A stretch of DNA of 64,000 nucleotides, taken from assembly GCA_964199315.1 (NCBI GenBank), contig OZ116711.1, forward strand, positions 17,856,001 to 17,920,000, written 5' to 3'. The notes beneath the pieces were generated by a model, which did no database searches, was not told the origin of the DNA, and saw only the letters and a list, made by a program, of their open reading frames with translations. Positions 49,535 through 63,649 of this stretch are shown piece by piece (positions within the stretch are counted from its first letter, which is position 1; every line of letters starts with the position of its first letter). The DNA comes from Orbicella franksi (taxonomy: Eukaryota). The translations under genes and the position numbers were made by a program.

Positions 49535-52500
49535 ATGAGTCAAGGTGGAAGGATTCTGCGTGCATTGACTCGAATCGGCTATCCGAAAGCCAACGAGTTC
49601 GAAGCAGATACTCTAGAATGGCTGTTCGACTGTGAAACTGTTGTTCCATTTTTGGAATGGCTCTCTGAAAACATCCACGAAACTAATGTATTATCTGCAG
49701 AAGACTTGAAAAGGTAGGTTAAGTGTTTATTTTGTACTAGAAACAGTTTGGCTTGATAGTAATCTAATTTAATCATAATTATAAATATTTCGTTTCTCGT
49801 TATAAATCCGGGGGGGTTCATGATTTACCACCAACAATAATACCCATACGGGGATTTGCCCCCCCCCCATTTGAAAGCCCCAAAACAACCTCATTAAACA
49901 TCATAAAATACATGTATGCTATCAACACACTCTAAAAAAGTCTGTTTTCATGCCCCATGCATCCTTTTCATACCCACCAAAAATATAATTATCTTATTCC
50001 CCCTGCCTCTGAGTTTATGTAGGACTTATGCCTCCATCAGTTCCAAATGCATTCTCAAATATGCAAAGCAAATGTTTAGAAGAACTACATATTCTTATGT
50101 TCTTTCAAGATGTACGAAAATGTAATAATTTAAAGACCTTTAATATGTGCATTTAATGAAACTACAGCGCCATAAATTTAATTTATGACTACTATATCAG
50201 GAAAGCATAGATGTTTTCTCTTAAGTCTAACAAGCTAACCAGAACTACAACTGAACCCTATAATAGCAAACTCTTGTTAGAAACAAGTCAGCAGGGTTCT
50301 GAGATAATTGATAGCATATCAAAGGGAAAGTGATTTGAGTTTAAGTTTGACATAGCAAAGTTTTAACTGCAAATTAGATAATTTTCCTGATGTCAACTTA
50401 AGAGCTATTATGATACAGGTTAATCAAACTTTATTCTGCCTTAGCCATAAGGGGAAAATATCATAATTCACTTACCACAACCAACAACCTGTTAAATGTC
50501 CAACTAATGCCTAGAAGGCATTAGACTGTCAAAAAAGTCCTTTGTCTTGTTTATTCATTACCTGCCAGACAAAGGACTTTTCATACTTGATTACCGCCAA
50601 TTTTAACGACCCAAAAATGGGTCGCTACACTTTGACCAATCAGATTTGCCATGAATATCCCTTGGGACAGAACTGTCAACAAAACGTGACTTGCAGTTGA
50701 ATTCAATATGAGGTCTATTGCGAAAGTGACCAAAGGAGCCTCAAAGGCCACGGAATATTCTACATGTATCTCACGTGACTACCAGCACAAGACAGCAGAA
50801 GCATATCTGCCCAGAAGAGACATGTTTGTTTATGCCCCAACTGGAGCTGGGGAAAGCTTGACTTTAAAGCTAGCTCTGCATGCTATTGATTGTTTCAATG
50901 GAGAGAATAGCTGCAATAGCAATGCTACCATCTTGGTGCATGTGGTTCTGTTGATTTCGCTCATGAAAGATCAGGTCTCGAACATAAATTCCCATGGAAT
51001 TTCAGCGTCTTACATAGGAGACTGTTCAGAACACCGTTTGCAGGACAATTGCAATACGTTCCACAATTCAAGTCAAACTACAGCGTAGAAAGGTAATCTG
51101 AGGCACAAGTTGCAAGTCACACCACTCCTAATTTTTGACACAAGAAGCAAATGAAAACCCTTCAAGGGAGACAAGTCAACCTCTCACAACTTCAGTGCTC
51201 CCTTGGCCACTTTGCGACTTTTGCACCACCGCTTTGCTACCTAAAACCTTGAAGCTCGCTTAGCTATTCTACCCTGAAACTATTGAGGTTGACTTGTGGC
51301 AAGTCTAAGAAGGCATGGGTGTGTTTAGAATAGATGTAGTAATTAAATTATCCACTGTGACTTGAGTCTCTCATTTTGTAGATATGATGAACTCTGTACT
51401 TCTGGGGCGCATATTCTTGAGGTAGGTTATAAAGCATGTCTTTGAGCTTACAATTTTCAGGTGAAGGGAGGGGGATGTGTGGGGAGACTCTGATCATGAA
51501 GCACTTACACAGATGAATACATCCACAGATGCTTGTTGTGTACCCTTTTGCATATGATCTTTTGGTTTGAAATTGAATGTGCTGCTACTATCCAAGCAGA
51601 GCAAAACCTCACAATAATTTTATCCAACTGGAACCAGCAGTTTACTCTTCCATAGACAGAGTTATCCTCCTGTAGAGCAGGATAATCCTGTGTGGTATTG
51701 ATTGTCATTACAACTGTTAGTTCCATTATTCATCAGTTACAGTGGAATCCCAAGTTATTGAACCCTTGATTTTGAATTGTCTTGATACAAATGTAACTTA
51801 ATTGAACCAAACATCATTTCTCTTGGATTTGTTCCACTGTAAGTTTACTACTGATACCGGTTTTTCTTGGCAAGTCTAGAACTCAGGATTTCACGACACA
51901 TGTACATTGTTGGAACATGTACACATGTACAGTTTACTGTACTGAGTAGTTTGTTGCACTTTAAGTGCCACTGTTTGTTTCACACATTTGCCTGTTTCCT
52001 GTAGAATGATCAGGTTGAGAAGACCCTGTCAATGTTATTGCATGAAGAGGAGGAATTTTCCAGTGAAACCTTAAGGTACTTGTACAATTTTTTCCAACTG
52101 CTTTGCCTTTGAAATTATCTTGTAGCAGCTGAGGGTTGTCAAAAATAGCCACACATCAACAAAAATTACTGTTATGACCTTGGCCTGCTACTTCGCTTGG
52201 TTGTCCTTCTGATTCTTTAGAAAAGATGGCAAAATCAACCACCCACTTTAACAATACGGCCATCAACTTACATATTATACAGTACACTTTATTTAGGCTC
52301 GAATTTGAGAGTAGCTACAGTGTCAATAAAGCTAATATCTTTGAGTTAAGACCTGTGTGATAGCCCAACTTACTTCCTTTAAACAGATGTACATGTGCAG
52401 TAGATGTACAATCATACATTGTGTGGTTTTCGAAAATATCCATACCCCCACCAAGGCTGGTTGTTTGGTTTGTATCCCCCCTCCCCCCTGGAATTTCATT

Positions 52501-55500
52501 TAGTTTCATACTTTCCCTTTAAAAATTTGTGTTTTGAGACCCCATCCCCTCACAATTTCCAATGACCATCCTTGGTGTGGGTACACAGAATTATTTTCTG
52601 GACCCACACATTGTTTTGGTGAGCTGCAAACAATTAATCGCGTTCTTTTACTATAATTGTTTTACAGGAATGAAGTAGACTCTTTAGGCAAAGAGGTGCA
52701 AGTGATGAAGCAAAGACTTCAGAAGATAGTTTCACAAAGGAATAAGCTAAGGTGCTGTAAACTGGTAAACATTAATTAATTGTTGACATTTTTTCAAAGG
52801 ATACAATGATTAAAATGATAAGAATGCATGCAGCTTTCGAAAAACAATAGCTTTACCTCCAAAGTAAGACTACTACATGTATACAAAATTTGTAGGTACA
52901 GCTGTACCTCAATGCTTGGGGCTATGCACAAACAACAATTATGTGTTCAGGATTAGACATGATTAACTGGTGGCATAATTTTTTGAGTGCTGTGGTGCAC
53001 AGTTTTACACATTAATTTTCTGTGATCGTAGCAGCCAGGTCAAAAAGTTAGTTTTTACAATATTATAATGATTGTAATCAATATAATAAAATTATAGTCT
53101 GGTACTAAAACAAATTATCTAAATACTTTTTTCACTTTAAGGTGATGATGTTTAGATATATTAATATTTTTCTTTTGGTTAGAAGTGTTTAATGAAGCAA
53201 TGAAAAAATTATAGAATGATAATCCTCAACAAAACAATAACTACTTGTAAAAGTATTTTAACAGAGAGATCTCAGTCTAACATTGTTTATGTTCTTTTGC
53301 ATTATGTCAGTCTTCATCATACAGGCCTGACTCACAAGCTTTCAAAACTGAGTGCTGTGGTGCAGGAACAGAAACAAAAATACAAAGCCAGTCTTGAGTC
53401 CAGCCAAGCTGACAATACCCTGGTAAGTTTGCAAGATTAGCTTCATACAGTACACAGTATGTATGCTACAGTATGATGTATGTCAAACATAAAAATGTAG
53501 AGAGCCACCTTAACGTAGTAGGAGCCCAAACAAACCATACACCTGATTTGCTACATGTGTTCATAATTTTTATGTGATGTACATGTATATTAAAATTTAA
53601 CAATATTGATTCCTACTTTAGCATGCATCATCAAGTTATTATGCATGTAGAAGTTTGGAGAGCACAACAAAGATGTGAAAGATGCTTGAGGTGCAACCAA
53701 GAACAACTTTAGCTTCTTGAGTGCTCTCCAAACTTCCCAAACTTGTGCATCATAACTTAATGCTGCACAGCTAAAAGCATGATTCAGTTGTTCTATAACA
53801 TGGCATTCATAGATTCGTCTTGCAAAGTGAAGTTAATGTTACCCATGCCATTAGTATGCATCATTGGATTATGATGCCTGCTTACATATACTGAGTTTGT
53901 TAGGGCTGCTTTGCTAGCTACTGTATCATGGTACACAATACATGTAAATGCTGCAGTTGTAGCTTCAAAATCCTTTGCGCACATTACATGCCTACAATGC
54001 TATAAGATAATTTGGATCGTGTGTACTAAAGGCATCTGTGGTTGAGTGCTGATCGATACTGTCAATCGACAATCAATCAATATTCAATCAACATCTATTG
54101 ACACCTCAGTTGACACTCAATTGGCACTTTATCGACATCTTGGTCAATAGTCGGTCCATAGCCGACTAATTTTCGATAGATGCATATGAGTCAGGCAACA
54201 CTTGGCCAACTATCGATCCACTGCTGATTGAGTGTCAACCGAGTATCGATTGGAATGTCGATCAAGTACCAATCAAGATGATGATCAAAGGTATCGATAG
54301 ATGCCCGACTGTGGGAGCCATTAGTACACATGATCCAATTATTCTTGTTGTCTTTCATTTGCAGATGAACTCTGCTTTAGAGCAGTTGGAGAAATCTGTT
54401 TCTGAAATGATAGCGATATATGCTGGTCGAGAAGGTATTTACTGTAAATGAAACTATATTTAAGAAATAGAAAACATGTACTGTGTTTCTATCGAGTTAT
54501 AGAAACTCGAGTGGAAGTTTGAGAGAACTGGAAATGCTGCTTTTTCGAGTTATCCCAAACTTTCGCGAATGTTTCTTTAACTCGATAGAAACACAGAGAA
54601 CATATTTTCTATTTCTTTTAGAAAACACTGTGACAAAAAAAGGAAAACAACTTGTTAACTTTGATTATCAAAATGTAAATTCTCTTTGTTCACGCGGTCA
54701 TTACGTCAACAGCTCATGCTAGTTCTGTGTTTCTATGGAGTTGTAGAGACACGATTTTTAACCAATCAGCGTGCGTATTTTCTTAGGACTGTTTTCTAAA
54801 GATACATATAGACAAATACTATGTAACCCAGGGTAACATGCATATAATATGCATTGACAATTGTGAGCTGCTAAGTTAATGGCAAAGTTACCTATTTTAG
54901 CTTACTCAAATCTCCAGGTTAAAAATGAGTTGTACATCATTGTGATTAATACAGTAGATGAAAACAACTTGGTACATAGCATTTTTCCTTATCCAGAATG
55001 CCTGATCCCTTACCTTTTACATGAATGTTATCTAGTACATATTTTTTGCAGGTGCAGGCATTTCGACATCATTTTTGTCCCAGCTTCCCTATGACAGTTA
55101 CTACACATCAGAGGAAAAGTTTACCGGTGAACTAACTGCATACACAAGGAAACAGTTCTTTGAGGTAAAAAGAAAGCCATCCCTTGAATTGAGAGAATTC
55201 ATATCTTTGTATTGGTATAGGAAACCATACAATCTCAAGTGCAATTGATGTTCTGGAACCTGAAGTACTCCAAATTGAGAAGTTTTAGATGTCACAAGTG
55301 TCTAGTATGAATCAAGTTATTTTGTTCTGCATTGAGCAATATTTTTATACGATTTATTTTTTATCTTAAGTTTGTTCAACAAAAAAAATACTAAATCTCC
55401 AGGCATTCCAACAGTCCATTTTCATTTTGGAACAATACATGTAAGCTTTAGAAATCCCAAGTTCATCTTCAGAGTACTGTAGGTCAACTAAAGAAATGTT

Positions 55501-57758
55501 CGGAAGTGTTCAAGTCAACTTCAGAAATCTTTGAACAACTCTAGATAAACCTTTGGTGATTATATGAACACACATGGAAGCCAATGATTTCTTGGAATTG
55601 TTATATTATTTCAGGGTATTGCAGAGATGGCTGGAGGAGAAGAGAAATCGAGATATGAGCTGCTGGAAATCAGTGATCCCTCTACCCTTCTAGTTAGAGG
55701 TAGGAATTTTACCTAACTGTACCCTAGTTGTCAAGAGTGTATGTTATACAGCCTGTACAAGTTTGAGTTGTTGTATTCCCTAAACTTGGCTTAATTGTGT
55801 TATTAATGACTTGTGCAAAATATACACCAAGTACAATATTGGTGCATGTTCTCTACTTTTTTCATGGATTCTTATTGGTTTATTGATCACATGAAGCGAC
55901 AGTGTGCATCGGCGGAGAGACACTATCTGCCCACAGTGCCCATCCGAAGGAAATTCCAGGATGGATAGTACATGTACTCTTCCCTTGCATATTTGCTCTC
56001 GAAGCTTTGCTTCAGAGGCATGTATATTATTTTGTGTTAACAAGATCAAATTTCTGTGGGGGAACTATCAGCTGATACATGTAGTAGGACAGCCCTGGGA
56101 AAGCATGGCTCTTTGTTGAGACCAGTCTGTAAATGAGTTAAGCAGGGGTTTCATTAAGGACTGCTGGGTAGGGCACCAGACAAATTGACTGGCTGTGAGG
56201 ATGATTTTATCCGCCTGGTTTAACCGTGTAGAGGAAAGTTTTAGTTATAAAGAAGTTCAGTTTCAAAAGTTTTCCTGCCTGAGAAAACCAGTTGCTGTCA
56301 TGCTCAAAACATTATGAAACCCCTGGTTAAGAACTAATAGATCCAGAAAATTGACTCATTACAGCTAAGCCAAACATATTGAAGAACAAATTAAAATCTT
56401 AACAACCTTCTATGGTTTGGTCCTCTTTTCTTTTGTTTTTTTGTTGTTGTTTTTTTTTTCCATTAGGGGAGAATGATGAAGTTAATCTTAATGAATGTCA
56501 AGAGCTAGCAAGACTTCAGTCTGTGTAAGTTACTAATAGTAGGGCTCAAAAAATGGGTAAAATCAGATCAAATATCCCCACCTTAGCATAGCGTTGAAAC
56601 ATGATGCCCTGCAGGCTTCATCAACCTGGCATGCAAAATACCCAGCGTGAACTGATATACTACGAGATTAATTGAAAAGAGGGGGTTGGAAAGTCACTCG
56701 ACATCTGTCCTTGCCACTTGTCTTAGTGACTTTTCCCTTGTGCAACTGCCGGTCCATTTCTGGTTCTCTTTCTGCAACACAACACTGCAAGAGTTTAGCA
56801 TGATACAACAAAGATAGGGCCAGAACTGAACCAGATACATGTACATGAAACTGCAAGCTGTATCATGTGTCCATCATCAACAATCTGCCTGATACCCGGC
56901 TTATGCTTTAGCTTTGCATCAAGTGAAAGTAAAAGAATTCATAGCATTGCCATGGCAACAGGAGTAACTACAGCACTCAAGACAGCTGAGGAACGACTGA
57001 AAAGCTTGTCATGGGAGACCAACCCACCAGGCACTGACATAATGAGGTGAGATACATCATAGTTAATAGAGGACAAAGATTGTCAAGTCCAGCAATGTTA
57101 ATCTTTATTATTATGTTTTGTTCACTTTCTTGGCCTTGATCTCGTGCCGTTCTGGCCCTCTCTGTGCCATACACCTTTTTGCTCTTGGGAGAGAGGGACC
57201 CTATCCTGAGAGCGTAACTTTGTTTGACACAGAGAGAGCCAGAAGTGGACTTATTCTTCAGTGTGTCAAAACGTAACAGGTGTTTACTCTAACTTGTCTC
57301 AACATCTAATAAGTACATGTCGAAACATTTCAGGCACACAATTCATGCATAGTGTATCAATGCAAAACAAACAATTGTGCATGGTTGTAGACCTTCCAGC
57401 ATAGCAATTAGCACTTTTTTTTACTTCTCTGACATTTGCTGGCTTCACGACTGCTCCTCTTTATTGCATATGGACAAATATACCCCATAATATCAAGCAA
57501 AGCATATGACTGAAAGATGCAAGATCCTAGCCTTTTTTGAGGGGGGGGCAGGGGAGGGGTGCAGGGGGTGGGCAACATTCTCTATTTTCGTTGTGCCTCT
57601 TTGTGTAGTAAAACTTGCCAAACTGGTTTAGTGCAGCAGCTGAACTGAGTGACTGACTGACCAATTGGCTTGCTGCCACTGATTAATCAATAAAAATTAT
57701 ATCAGACTTACTTATTAATCACAATCAAGTTTTTCCATTCAATTACTAGTATGTATAA

Positions 57759-57793
<35 letters not shown>

Positions 57794-60700
57794 GCATTCA
57801 GTGCCAAACTCCTTGAAACTCAAAAAGCACTTTCCCAAGTCAAGATGGAGATAGGGGAGCTCACTGAGAAGGCCCTTCCTGGGTTAGTGCAGGAGCTGGG
57901 AGAGCTACAAGCGACAAGTATCCTAAAGGGTGATTATGACCTGAAGATAGCAAGGCAAGACTACTTTACATCCAAACAGGACCAGGTCAGTAGTTTCCAT
58001 TTAGACTTACAATGTGTACCTAAGAAAATTGAACTAATGTCAAGAAAAAATCATGCAACTTGTGGATAGCCCTAGTGTAGAGTCCAGACTAAATGGTAGG
58101 AAAGACCTTTTTGGCTAAAAGAGGACAACCTTTTGATTCTATATTAATAGAATAATGAGTTTATTATAGTGACCATTTGTGGTTATCCTCTGTGTTTTTT
58201 CTCATTTAGGTTATCACCCAACTTCTGCTTCAGCGGTCCCGGCACGAGTTTCTTTCCATGGCTCTTGAGGTTGAAGGGCGGAAAAATCGTGACACTCATC
58301 GCTTGTTTAGCACCTTGGAGAGCACATTTGGTGATGCGGTGAAGGGAATGGAAGCTCGCTCTGTATCCTTAAGATATTTAAAACTCACAAAATAGATTCC
58401 AGTTTTTTTTAATTTGATCCCTCTAAACGCAGAGTGGCACAATTGCATAAGTAGACTCCTGCAAAATTTTCAACTTTCACCTATCTTTCATTACTACTGA
58501 ATGACTGGCCGACCGACCAACTGACCAACTGACGGACTGATTGACGAACTGACTGATTGTCTGGCTGTCTGGCTGTCTGGCTGACTGACTGACTGTCTGT
58601 CTGACTAACTGATTGACTGACTGACTGACTGAATGTCTGACTGACTGACCAACTGATTGGCTGGCTGTCTCACTGACTGACTGAAAGACCAACCGACGGA
58701 ATCTGTCTTGAATAACAAGTGTATCGTTTACTAGATTTCTGCACTGAAATTATTGTACGCGTTCTTTTGTTGATATAACCTTAACTCTTACTGAAGGCGG
58801 TTATGGATGAACATGCTCTTCACCCTCCCCAGCCCTCTCGCGGGACTATCGATAGTCGAGATCATTTTATGGAAGGACTGTACCGTGTGCTCGAAGGCCC
58901 ACCCCAGGGGGAGGAAGACAGGACGAAGGAGATTTTTCTGGCTTACAATCAGCTTGTAGAATGGAGCCAGAAGCTGGCGGGACAACTGGAATCATTCGCT
59001 ACGTCTTTGGCCTCCTCGGGCAGCAGGCAGGAGGAGGCCTGGAAACAATTGTATTTTCTTTTGCTATTGTTGTTTTCTTTGCGATTTTGAGTTAGTGTTA
59101 TTCAACTGGGCAGAACTCTTTCTTAGTCAGTTACAATGCCGTATTTCAGAAATGCCTTTTGGAGGGATGTTTCTAAGTAATACGGGAACGGGTGCGGATT
59201 GAGGAGAGCATGCATGTACATTCTCGAGGGCTAAAGGTCATGTTTCACACGCCAAAAGAATGGGTATTGGAGTCAGGCGTTTGCAATAGGCATCACGCCC
59301 TGAAAGAACTCGATATCTAACGTCACAATCAAAAAATTGTTAGCATTCTACAGACTCAAAATCAAACGAGGTTTGAACATTCTAAAGTTCAAAAAGTTTT
59401 CTTCCTTGCTCTATTGGGGTGAAATGGTCAACATAGTATTGTGCATTGTAGCAACTATTCTTCTCAGTAGGTTAGGGAAAACAATATTATCCTTGAAACA
59501 TGTTTGTTTAATTTTGCGAATATTTGGTTTTTTAGGGAGAATAACTTACAGCAGTGTGTAAAGACAGTTTACGGAGAATCAGCTACAACAGGCGGCCTGC
59601 CTCAGTTAAGTCCTCAGGTAACACTGCTTCCCATTTCCACGAGCCATTCCCTCGCTTGTCCCACCAGTCTCCCCTCCATCGATTTTCTGCCAGCGGGCGA
59701 GAAACTTTTATCGCTCGTACGAGAATGCTTCGCGCGAATTTCAAAAGGCTAGTTTTAAAAAAATGTTGTTTGATTTTGTCTTAGCTATAAAATACTGTTG
59801 AATCGAAGCTGCTGTGAAGAATAGAGTCTGTCACGGTTTGAATGGGTGAAATCCCTTCTCGTAACAAAAATTCGCTTACGTTTTTCTACAGCGGATAGCA
59901 GATGGTCTGAGTCAGTTAGATGAACTACTTGCCACTCTGGAGCAGTCAATTAAGGACATCATAAAAGACTGTGAGGCCAAGAAAAAGGTAAGGGCGTAAT
60001 AAAATTAAGGCGGTGCACGTGACCAAACGCGTGGAGATACGGTGGCCTCATGGTTAGTGCGCTCGTCTCCGGAGCAAGCGGTCCGGGTTTGAGCCCTGGC
60101 CGGGGACATTGTGTTGTGTTCTTGGGAAAGACACTTTACTCTCACAGTGCCTCGCTCCACCCAGATTTATAAATGGGTACCTGCAAATTTAATGCTGGGG
60201 ATAACCCTGCGATGGACTAGCCTCTCATCCAGGGGGGAGTTAGAAATACCCCTGGTCGCTTTATACTATTGAAACCAAGAGATAAGCGCCGGCCTACCCT
60301 ACCTTTTCTACGTAATCAAACCTGGGACACGTTTGCAGTTACCGCCAAACACCGTTCAATCGTTCAATTGATTTTAGCGCGTGTGCAGTTCCCGCCTAAA
60401 CTACCGTTGCTTGCATTGTGGCACACGAACAGCATGTTTGCAGCTCAAGCCGAAACTGCCGTTGCCTACACCGTTCAAATGTTTAGCGCGTTCGTACTGA
60501 GTTCCCGCCAAAACTGGTATTTCCACGCAGTGGTCAAGCGTATGGCGCGTCTGCAGTTCCCGCCAAAACTGCTTCGCCGGAGTTCTAGTGTTTGTCTGAA
60601 ATTTAAGAGAAGCCATGCTAGTTCCCGAAAGGTTAAGCTAGATATGCAAAATATTCTTGAATAATTTAGTAATTTTTTTTACGCACCTTGCCGCCTTATT

Positions 60701-60981
60701 TTGGTTTACTGCGGGTTTTTTTCTTTTTACGTGTTTACTTCAACTGAGCTTTTTTTGCTTTACACTTCAATGCAATAGAAACCCGAAGTGTTGTCACGTT
60801 TTTACGCTCGATCGCTGATTTTGACGGCTCACTTTTTCGTCTTCAGGTCCTCCGCTCGGATAGTTTGAAGCTCATGGAAAGAGAACTGTTTATATATTTC
60901 TTCACGGATCCACCTCGCCTCAAACGAGCCATCGCTGAGTTGTCAGCTCGTGTGGACGCGCAAATTGTTTCACTAAAGTGA
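49535..60981 (+). CDS. HAUS3: HAUS augmin-like complex subunit 3, 16 exons, 616 aa
   Basis: join(49535..49713,51382..51421,52005..52075,52668..52751,53311..53422,54365..54434,55052..55164,55615..55699,56467..56524,56912..57046,57802..57985,58210..58362,58797..59050,59536..59617,59892..59987,60847..60981). Total 1851 nt, all phases consistent. Recognisable motifs: IGYPKA..LEWLF, FLSQ..YT.KQFFEG, ILKGDYDLKIARQDYFTSKQ, ERELFIYFFTDP. Confidence 0.93.
50522..51307 (+). mobile_element. Internally deleted AcademH-type element with RecQ-helicase fragment, 9-bp TSD AGAAGGCAT
   Basis: tagact...agtcta termini. AGAAGGCAT at 50513-50521 and 51308-51316. ORF 50708-51088 has RecQ motif I (APTGAGESL) and Ia (LLISLMKDQV). 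Located in HAUS3 intron 1. Confidence 0.85.
54017..54337. mobile_element. MITE with (tcga/tcaa)-rich interior in a HAUS3 intron
   Basis: ggatcgtgtgtactaa ... ttagtacacatgatcc inverted ends. Confidence 0.6.
54482..54790 (+). repeat. Dispersed repeat, second copy at about 63025-63490
   Basis: Shared tgtgtttctatcgagtt..., catcaaaatgtaaat..ctttg, cattacgtcaacagctc.tg.tagttctgtgtttctat.gag, cacgatttt..accaatca. Confidence 0.65.
58363..58796 (+). other. U12-type (minor spliceosome) GT-AG intron, HAUS3 intron 12
   Basis: 5' site |GTATCCTT; branch site ACCTTAAC about 11 nt before the AG, with no long polypyrimidine tract in between. Phase 0 joins ...EARS|AVMDEH. Confidence 0.85.
58490..58690. repeat. 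Degenerate (CTGA/CTGG)n microsatellite
   Basis: About 50 tetramer units inside the U12 intron. Confidence 0.9.
60032..60295 (+). mobile_element. tRNA-headed SINE (copy 3, no MITE)
   Basis: ggtggcctcatggttagtgcgctcg...gggtttgagccctggccggggacattgtg; single CTG at 60096-60098. Located in HAUS3 intron 15. Confidence 0.8.
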
Positions 60982-61079
60982 AAGATGTGGGTTTCTTCTA
61001 TAATAAAACGAACTCTGGTGTTGGTTTTCAGGATTTTTTCTCAAAAACTGAGTCGTGCTTTGAAACACATATTTCTACA

Positions 61080-61530
61080 AACTGAATCTTGAAGTCTGGA
61101 AAAATTATCAAAATCATCTGTATAGTTTGCAGACCTAGTCGAAGTCGAAAATGAAGTTCAAATCTTGAAAAAGACTGGAACCTTACCTAAGCTACAAATT
61201 TGCTGTTGCTTGAGCTGGGCAAATTTGTCAGGGTTTGTCCACACTTTGAAAATCCTCGAATTGTAAAATCAAAATTTAAGTTCTTGAAAAGCCTTGAAGT
61301 TCATACATACCGAATCTGGAAGCTTAAGTCTGGAAAAATTGTAAAAAAATCATTTCAATAGTTTTCCAGAGCACAGATCTGGAAAGGGTCTGGAATTTCT
61401 TACAGGCTACAAGTTTGCTGCTGAGGTAGCTTGGCAAATTTCCCAAGGTTTGCACGCACCTTGAAAGTCGGTTTGAATTTTGACATCAAAATTCAAGGCT
61501 GTGAGAGTTCATTGGGCCCTTGAAACACCT
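61080..61530 (+). repeat. Diverged tandem duplication of about 230 bp downstream of HAUS3
   Basis: aagtctggaaaaatt...gctacaa.tttgctg...ggcaaattt...gggttg..cac..ttgaaa occurs at about 61090 and 61325. Confidence 0.6.
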
Positions 61531-63649
61531 TAAAATTATTTGTTAGACCGTTTGGCTACTTATTAGGAGACAAAACGTGCGTGCATGCATTGCCTACAAA
61601 AAGGAAACGATCTTGTTTCTTCCCTAATCGCCATCACGAAATTTCAGAAAAGAAGATTTATAAAAGACACTTTAACTTGAACAAAACTGCTAGGTATCCA
61701 TTAAACCTTAACATCCTGTGTCACATTCTAATGTAGTTTTTCAGCGAACGGAATCTTTGAGAAACTGAGATTGTGTCCTTGAATGTCTTTGAAAAGTCCT
61801 TGAATGTTTAGTCCGAAAAACAGTACGAAGCCTGAATTTTATACCCAGTAGCCCTTCAGAGCAGTTAAAAGAGGACCATATTTTTTGCTTGTGACAGGGA
61901 TTTGATTCATATGACTAAACTACTTCATCCTATACCCCATGACCTGTAATATGACATTCACTGAGTATCTTTGGGTGAAGCGTGAATTTGGTTCGCATTC
62001 ATCGATTGGGGTACACCAATAACTATACAATAATCAGGCTGGTTATTATGCTTGTTCTCTTTATTTATCAATTCTAGATAACAACTTACATGTACATTTC
62101 AACAGGTAGAATAAGATACACAGACATTCGCATATACACAAGAAGCACATTTTTCTACAAATGCTGACATCAGAAATGGACTTTGAAATTTACAATGACC
62201 TCTAGCAACTAGTTTACGGTCTCGTACCCAGCCTTCCTCGCTCATTATAAGAGCGGCTTTGGTAAAATCCACTTGAGATTGTGTCAGAATGTGACAAAAC
62301 GCGACAGAGCATGTACAATTTAACACAAATCGCACTCTCGTTGGATCTAGTTTTAGCATAGCCAGATTAGCAATGAAAATGTATGATCTCAGATTTTCTC
62401 TAGCTAGCATTGAAAAGGGCAATACACAACTTAATTCTACTAATTCTATTCTATATTTTTCCAGGCGTTATTTCCATTTCTCTCTATGTACAAAATAGCA
62501 TTCCATGGTATATTTTGGCATAACGAAGTTTTTTTTTTCTGGAATGTAGATTTGAAGATTAAATATTTTCACATGTTTGTATAACAACACAGCTTACGAT
62601 AAAGAAGGCAGTAGTCATGCGAGGCAATTTAGGGCAGAAACTACAAAATTGCCTGAAATTGCCTCGCATACATATTAGATTATATTGTAATGCAAATGAC
62701 AAAAGTTAATCGCGAAAAAGGCTATTTCGGGTACGTCTACGAGTTTCTAGACCGCAGTGCAGGCGTTTATTGGCGCGCGAGTGCTGCACATTATCATGTT
62801 AAGGCGCCATTTTGGATTTCGTAATTGTGGAGGGTTGGGGCGAGGGAAAATTTTCCGAGGGGGTAGGCGTAAAATGGGGAAGGGGGAGGGGAAGGAAATC
62901 TTTCAACTCTCCCACCCCAACATACTATACTGCACATTAGTTAAGGGGGTTGTCTTGCACACTTTGCTTGCTTACTGCAATGTATTGACTTGAACCCTTT
63001 CTTTTACTACTTCCTGTTTAGATTACGACTTGCGTTTACTGAACTTGTCACATTTGGACTTAGCTAAACATGAGGAAGGAAATAGAAAAAAATGTGCTGT
63101 ATTTCTATCGAGTTTCAGGAACACGAATGGAAGTTTGGGAGAACAAGCAATGCTGTGGGAACACGAGCCAAGAGGCGAGTGTTTCCACAGCGTTTTCGAG
63201 TTCTCCCGAACTTCCACGACGTTTTAACTCGATATAAACACGGAGAACATGTTTACTATTTCTTCTAGAAAATTCTGCAACGAAAAAAGAAAACAACTTG
63301 CTTGCTTTGTTCATCAAAATGTAAATTATCTTTGCTCGCTTGCTCTAATTAACATGTTATAGGTATATTTATTGTAATAAAAATGTTGGAAAAAAAAAAT
63401 ATTTGCTCGCGCCATCATTACGTCAACAGCTCGTGGCTAGTTCTGTGTTTCTATCGAGTTATAGCAACACGATTTTAAACCAATCACCGACTGTGTGGAA
63501 GGCTATAGCCTCCATTCCTGTTGGAGAAAATGGAATATCCTTCCGGCCACTATCTTGTATCACTGAGTGATTGATTAATGTCCTCATAGTTCTTCCAAAC
63601 TTGACATCTACTATCATGTATTTCTTTCTGCAGTTGCCGTTGACAAATC

